Shown: positions 52,754 through 59,599 of the stretch, piece by piece
Layout of the letters: each line of letters opens with the position of its first letter
How positions within the stretch are numbered: position 1 is the stretch's first letter
Origin: Phoronis australis
Taxonomy: Eukaryota > Animalia > Phoronida
Direction of reading: 5' to 3'
Assembly: GCA_002633005.1 (NCBI GenBank)
Contig: NMRA01000428.1
Location: 297,774 to 357,372, forward strand
DNA: 59,599 bases
Position numbers and translations under genes: made by a program
The notes under the pieces: generated by a model
Told to the model about the DNA's origin: nothing
What the model saw: only the letters and a program-made list of their open reading frames with translations
Database searches by the model: none

Positions 52754-54689
52754 ATAGACCCTATTCACGCGGCGGCCATTAAGATCCAAAGCGAGGCTCA
52801 CTGCAATAAACAAAGCGAAAGTAGACATTGCGTGAGTTAAATAGCCGGTCTTTCGAGTCCAACCTGGATTTTAAATTTTAATGATGTGTCGACAATTAAC
52901 CACAGAGACGTAGAAAATTACATTAGAGAACAAGTTAAGGCGCCAAAGAGTTGTCTGACGAAAGGGTTTAATTTTTTTTCGGAAAACTAGGTTCGAAACA
53001 TGAAAAGTAAATATGTCCAAATTGCGGCGATCGTAGTGTTACGAATCAGGTATTATGCTGAATGCAGGGTTACGTTTTTTATTGTAAATTGTTGATCAAA
53101 ATACTTTCTACGAGGACCAGGTCATCTGCTCGTATTGTTGACGAGTTGAAGACATATTCGACAGTGGTGTCTGTCATGTGCAATTAGTCACACCTGGTTT
53201 AATTTGTTGATCAAGAATATTAACATCAAGCATAGCCTGATCCTATGCACTCACTGGGACTAACAGTTGAATTGTCATTGGTCTGAAAGAATAATTGATG
53301 TTATTAAGTATATTTTTATTAAAATAAAAACCAGGCTCGTAATTGAAAATAAAAATTATTTGACCATCAATGCTTTCTTCTTTGTAATAATTCTTACGTC
53401 TATTTCATGTGTTAGATTTTAAATATCAATCTGGACCAAGTTGAATTTTAAAATTAAAACACCTAATTCGTTCGTTCAAAACATAACATCGTTTTAGAAC
53501 TCAATTTCAGTTAGCTCAGCAATCATAGTTATCATGTTTCTGCAGGAGCCTCTTTCATCCGAGGGGAACGGTGCCAGTGCCTACTGAGAGGCGATTTTTT
53601 CGCCGAGTGAGGGCGGGAACAATCTGCCTCCCGATCACCATCAATAGCACCCCGCCCTGTTGCAAGCTCTCATAGGCTCTGCCTCAATTTAAAGTAGCCT
53701 TTTGTGCTCTTAAAAATTGTCACCAGTGTGGTTACAGGTGATTTGAGAGATTTTTCACTAGGGGAATTTTTATGCCTCGTGTGGGGGGAATTTCCCGTAA
53801 TATTTCAATATGTTTGAGAGGGGAATAGGGCCGATATTGGGCCCCAAATTTGAGGGATCGAGGGCCCTGTCCTTTTTGGAAAGAAAAATTATAATGTTTC
53901 AACCGTAGCAGGGGCAGATCCAGGTTTTTTNNNNNNNNNNNNNNNNNNNNNNNNNNNNNNNNNNNNNNNNNNNNNNNNNNNNNNNNNNNNNNNNNNNNNN
54001 NNNNNNNNNNNNNNNNNNNNNNNNNNNNNNNNNNNNNNNNNNNNNNNNNNNNNNNNNNNNNNNNNNNNNNNNNNNNNNNNNNNNNNNNNNNNNNNNNNNN
54101 NNNNNGGGGCAGGGCACAGGAATAAGCAGCATTTCGCCAGATGCGCGCACCCAGCCTAAACTCTGGGGATGCAGGGGTCTTGAATTCTTGGGTTTGCGGA
54201 CCTGTTGACTAAAAAAAACGGTAAACGGGGTTCATTCAGCGCCTATGCGTTGTTTATTCACCCCCGTTGCGCACGTGTGCTAGTCAGCATTTCGCACCCG
54301 AACTCAAAAATGGGATCTGATACAATTTTAGGGAGGCCATGCCCCCCCCCTAAATCCGTAGTCATGAAAACACAGCCTGACTGGCATATTCTCCGGTGGT
54401 TACTATCATGCTTAACAACTGACCGACATGCGACAAAATATGATCTAACTTTTCGAAAACATTTATAAATTTTACACGGACATATTTTGCTTCGTCGCGG
54501 CAACGACCCAACGCTTCCGAATCTCAACGTCTTTAGAGATTGTGAAGCAGACAGTTGCGTGTCCGTATTTTTTTTAGCCGTTCGCGAACAACACGGTCTG
54601 AAACACAGAACTATGCCGATAAGCTGACAGAGCTATTGTAGCGAGCCTCGTTTTGGAATGCGCCTCCTGTCGACGTGAATAGGGTCTAT
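52754..54689. mobile_element. Non-autonomous DNA transposon with perfect 16-bp inverted ends, inserted in the pogo-like element and carrying a nested MITE (53909-54360)
   Basis: atagaccctattcacg (52754-52769) and cgtgaatagggtctat (54674-54689); possible 2-bp AT TSD. Confidence 0.7.
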
Positions 54690-55122
54690 ACCGAGAAAAG
54701 TAGAAAACTATTTAAAGTCCTTGTCTCACGCGATGTTAACCCTTATTACATGGTTAGAAGATGTTATAAGGATCCAAGAAGTACCTACCCCATAACNACT
54801 ATGCCGATAAGCTAACAGAGCATCGTAGCGAGCCTCGTTTTGGAATGCGCCTCCTGTCGGCGTGAATAGGGTCCATGGGCATGGTTTAACGATATCCAGG
54901 AGACCACATATCTAAAACTCGTTGCACTAGGCAAGTTGATAAAAGTTTAAGCGTGTGCAGTAATCTGGGCAATGGGAAAGCATTTTCACAGGTCAAGAAG
55001 GTTGACTGACAGAATAGGGAGGCAATAGTGAATATGAGTTTAAGTTGCTGGTTCACCTTAGAAACTCATCAGCTTCTTACCTTTTTCGAACTCTTACAGT
55101 TTCACACTGTGTAGATATTTTA

Positions 55123-55540
55123 CACACATTATGCAGTTACACACAAAGTATTAGCTGTTCCGTACACAGTATTAGCTGTTACGCACACAATATGTAGTTG
55201 TTACGAATGCAGTACGTAGCTGTTATGCACACAGTATGCAGCTGATATGCACACAGTATGTAGGTTTTGCGCACATAGCTTATACTAGCTGTTGTGCGCA
55301 CAGTACATAGCTCTTAGGCACACATTACATAGCTGTTATGCGCACAGTATGTAGCTGTTAGGTACACACTAGGTAACTGTTACGCACACAGTATGAATTG
55401 TTGCTATGCACATAGTATTATGTAGTTGTTGCACACACAGTATGTAGCTGTTATGCACACAATAGCTACGCTGCACAGTGCTGTTTCGCACAGTACGTAG
55501 GTGCTTTACACACAGAATGCAGCTGTTTCGCACACAACAC
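55123..55540. repeat. Degenerate minisatellite of about 22-25 bp (gcacacagtatgtagctgttat)
   Basis: Many diverged copies visible. Confidence 0.85.
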
Positions 55541-57570
55541 AATTTATGTCTTAGGTGTTCTTATTCTCATATATTTTTAAATTTGTTCATCTTTCCAGGG
55601 GCTGTTGATGAAGGAGACTAAAAACGTGGTTGACCGTTTGCCAAAGAAAGACCAAAGTTTGAAGCCATGAAGCAATAGAAAATTGTTTTTTTATCTGTGT
55701 TAACCTATTTCATAACTCCAGAATCTTCACGTCAGTGTTTATATGATTTATTTAATTTTAGAACGCTATTACCTTTTGTTAATTGTGTTCCCATGGTTTA
55801 GAATAGTAATCTGTGATAGATTGGTTGCCTGGTAGTCACTGAACATATGTTGGTAATTTGCTGTGGTTTTGAAGTCTGTATATCATTTTGTGGATATTCA
55901 CAGAACGGCAGTTTCATATTATTTATGGCTTCAAAATTAGTTACTTATGACACCAATAGTACACGTTTTTGAAATTTTTGCTCGTTCTCGCAGTCTTTGT
56001 TGTCAGACAGGTTTTTCGTTTTCAGGTATGTGTTCAGTATCAACATTTAACATGGCTGCCAGGTTTTCCAAAATGTGTTTAATTATTATATATAACAGAC
56101 CAGTCTGTCTGTTTTGTGTTGGCTGTGTGTTTTGAGGTTACTGGTGACGGCTAAATAAAAGGTGTTTTAGCAAATGCAATGTAGTTTCCCCGTCTCTCAC
56201 GTCTAGTTCTTGGTGGTGTTAGCCGGAATTTTATCTTCTGTCCTACAAACGACACACCACACATCTTCTGTCTTCTCACGATATACGGCTTGATGCAGGA
56301 CAGGTAGGTGACTCATTTCATAGCGTATGGAGCGCGCGGTCAAATCACGCTAAAAGTGCAAGTGTGCCATACATACAAACCGAGGTACGCCCAGATATAA
56401 TGCTTTTAGCGATTTCTGGTTTTAATTCTTACTGTAAATTGTATTTTTAGTAATAAACACTAAAAAGGTGCGAGTTTCGACAATAGTCGCTCTTGTCAAC
56501 AAATGTCAAGCGCAGTGCTGGATTACTCCCAATGAAAAGAACCAACTTCGCATGGAGTCGTCAACGACTGACGTAGAAAAGGAGTACCAATTATCTTTCC
56601 GACTCGGAGCATATCATCAAAAGATCGTGACAACGTCAAAATCAGCCTCTCGAACTGTGGTGTGCAAACAACACACCCGATTAGCCATTAGTTCTAAATT
56701 AGGATCTTTACAGAAGCTCCAAATTTTACAGTGAACTCAATTGCAAACATTGCAATTTTTGGTGTTTGACCCTAACCCATTTGATTTATCGAAATTTACA
56801 CAATTTTCAACGTAAGTGATCCAAACTTCCAACATTCTATGAATAAACTAGTTCTTAAATATGATGCCCAATTTACCAGAATTATTTTTGGATTATGGAA
56901 AATATTCGGCTAATCGAATGAATGCTGAGTACACTTTTTGGGTAATGTATTTCCTTTTGGACTGTTCTCAGTCTCCCTCCAATGGTGTACTGAACTGAAG
57001 ATGGCGCTTCTTCCTTCTGTCATGTTGCACCTTATTCTCTGGGAGATAATTTCGTTATTAGAGCGGGTATGAAAAATTTATTCGAACAGAAGGGTTGATC
57101 CGCTGCTTTTGTTTTAATTGAATGGCATTTAAACTAAGTAAAATGATTGTGGCGTACAGTTGTAATCTTCTAAAACTGCATCACAGCTGACAAAGAGAAA
57201 ACAATATATAATCCACTTAAGCGCGTAATATTGTGTCTCACAATTTCCTTTACCCAAAACAACATCATCAGAAACCCAATAAAATGATATAACTTTTTAA
57301 GGTTGGTCCGCTCTTTCAGATATAATTCCGAGTCGGATGAGTATGGTAATCTTATAAACTGCAAAGATATTTGGTTTAAAATTCAACAATTGACGAGTTA
57401 CCAGTCGCAAAATGCCTCTTTAAGTGTGTGGGCAAAGTTTAAGTTTTAAAGTTCCATTTCGCAATGTTTCTCTGACTCAGAAAAACCGCAAAGGCCAAGG
57501 GCGACAATACGTGCCAGCAGAGTCCAGCCAACGCATAACAGGCCGTGTAGAAATTAATGCGTTTGATTCA

Positions 57571-57727
57571 CCAGGACTGAGTTCCATAAATCTTCAAAAG
57601 TTATCCGCTGGATAAGTTTGATTGTTGCATGACGTCAGGTGTATTGTTCAACAATAACAACGTGACGGGTGATAATGCGACGTCATCGTTGCTATACGCG
57701 TATAACTTTTATGCAACTGGTCCCTGG
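57571..57727 (-). mobile_element. Harbinger-like MITE, copy 2 (inverted relative to 43965-44122)
   Basis: Reverse complement aligns over its full length with copy 1. Confidence 0.8.
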
Positions 57728-58170
57728 AGACGTTCAAGGTTATGTAGAACCCTAGACAAAAAATTCAAATTTCGCTAATTTTGGAACATCATACTTCAAA
57801 AATGGGTGATCAGATTCTTATGAAAACTTTGGATACTAAGCTTTCTGCAATGTTGTGCAAAACGCTGGCAGGAATTGTTTATAAACTGTTCCACTTTTGC
57901 AGGAGATGTTGTCAATTTTGGAACGGAACTTAAGTGATCTCCATGAAGACATGAAACGATAACGAAACATTTTCTGAAGATATAACAGCCTGCACAACAT
58001 GTCTTGAACATTGACATCACATAAAATTTGAGAACGTTATTGATATCGTTACATATCGGTGATCTGTTTTTGTTTGCGGACCTTTAGCTTTCGAGTCCGG
58101 CGTTCGGCTGCACGCGGACCCTTTGTCGGCGGGGTACTGGCCGCCGATAGATAACTATTCTATTCCTTAT

Positions 58171-58206
58171 ATACTATCAGGAAGAGATATCTCTTCCTGA
58201 TACTAT
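58171..58206. repeat. 36-bp near-perfect palindrome with a perfect 28-bp core
   Basis: tatcaggaagagat|atctcttcctgata; the outer arms extend with one mismatch. Confidence 0.85.
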
Positions 58207-59599
58207 GTAACGGCGCCAGGTACTAACATTCATTCTGTCTTTAGGCCAATTGATATTGTTGATTAAATCAAAATTATTTTGCAATCAGTGTACCTTTTTT
58301 GTTGGATTTTACTTGACGGACATGTTGACGTGACCCGCCAGATAATGTCAGATTGATGAAGAGTCACAAACCGGTATCAATCTTTAGGCTTTCTACTGTC
58401 AAAAGAAGACACAAAAGTTTTGTTTTTTAGATAACTTGATAAATACGCAAACTTGTCAAGAATGTCCAGAAAGATCCAAAACCTGGCGACTCCAAGATTC
58501 AAGGTGCTGTAACTCATATTACGAGTAGGTCTGCAAGTATAACGCTTGCCTCTTTCGATATTCTGCTAGATCTAGCTCGAGCTTTCGAGAAAATGCTCAC
58601 GCATTTGCTGTTGTCTTGTTACCTGTCTGGATTTTCCTTTATTCTTCACACTTCTTTGCATTCCCAAATTATAGAAGAAATTCGCTTCAAAAAGTCACTT
58701 TTGGAAAGGGTACAAAGATACAGCGTGCACTTAGTGTACGTCAAGCGTGCCCTTTGATCCCGTGTCGTAGGCAAATTACCCCAATTCCAGTGCCCCTGCA
58801 ATGAGACACGCAGCTGACGTGCCATATCCGTGCACAAATATAATGACTGCAGATGTTATTTGGATTGGGTTCATGAATTACCAGCTCAGGACTTTTGATA
58901 AAAAACAGAACTTCCCGAATACAAAAATCATCTGATGGGATTCGTTTCTCGGTGAATTGGATTACGCTCACACACCATTTTCCATCATTTATCTTTACCT
59001 CCAAGTCAAATTATAGTCTGTGTAACAGAGCAAGTCTCCAGTGAAACATCAAAAATGTGCATTTCACCTCGTCACGCATACGTCTCAGTTCAGTTACACA
59101 TGATAACGCTCAATTTCATATACTAGCAAAGGAAGGAAACACCCTTCTCCTAAGCCTGTCGCTAGCGGCGAAGTGCCCGACACATACAAACCGCCGTATA
59201 GGTATAATCGTGAAACTTAGACGTTATGGCCAACTTAAGAGCCAGAAACTTAAGTTATTGTACAGGATAACGTTTTTGACCTTCACTCAAACAACGACTA
59301 GCAAAGGCAAAGGGTCTATCAGTTCAAAGCCTCCGACTCCTGATATAACACGGCACCTAACGACGTCATACTGGCGTCAGTGCACCGAAAACGGCTGCGT
59401 AAAGTCAGCAAATGCCAGCACCAGGCTACTCGTGCACCTGCGGTTAAGTTCGTCAAAAGCATACTGTTCTTTAACAAACAAACAGTCTATTAGAGGTATC
59501 AGAAGAATTACGTTTACGACCAGTTACTCCTTTTGTAAGTGCATGAAGTGGCTGAGCAATTGATGCAAGGTCTTGAATAAAGCGACGGTAAAACCCCCC

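Noticed and set aside
54798-54875. Second copy of the 54610-54689 transposon end after a single N
   Set aside because: Probably a contig-junction or haplotype artefact, or a separate fragment; not interpretable.
59057-59563. 168-aa plus-strand ORF
   Set aside because: Non-ATG start, no motif, no splice support.

Overview
AT-rich eukaryotic draft scaffold with spliceosomal introns and four N-gaps (18725-19487, 29809-30066, 37327-38133, 53931-54105). Gene and repeat content points to a marine invertebrate animal (inference). Genes: exon 1 of a secreted Cys-rich SMB-like/adhesion-Methuselah-type GPCR ectodomain (-), a frameshifted THAP exon (-), a two-exon PLPP6/7 PAP2 phosphatase (-), a complete three-exon FAM78 gene (+) and the last four exons of NUP214 (-). 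The PLPP6/7 <-> FAM78 >< NUP214 order and orientation match what I recall for human 9q34 (PLPP7-FAM78A-NUP214), suggesting ancient microsynteny; this is the strongest finding. The rest is mostly transposon debris: a CR1/L2-type LINE with a decayed 2A-like motif, two Penelope-like fragments with hammerhead-like relics, a pogo-like HTH-psq element with a TIR-derived minisatellite, tRNA-derived SINEs and many MITEs. There is also a minisatellite with a 248-bp higher-order unit. No 5' NUP214 exons are visible right of the 37.3-38.1 kb gap, so a scaffold misjoin is possible. All homology calls are from memory of protein families; no database searches were run.
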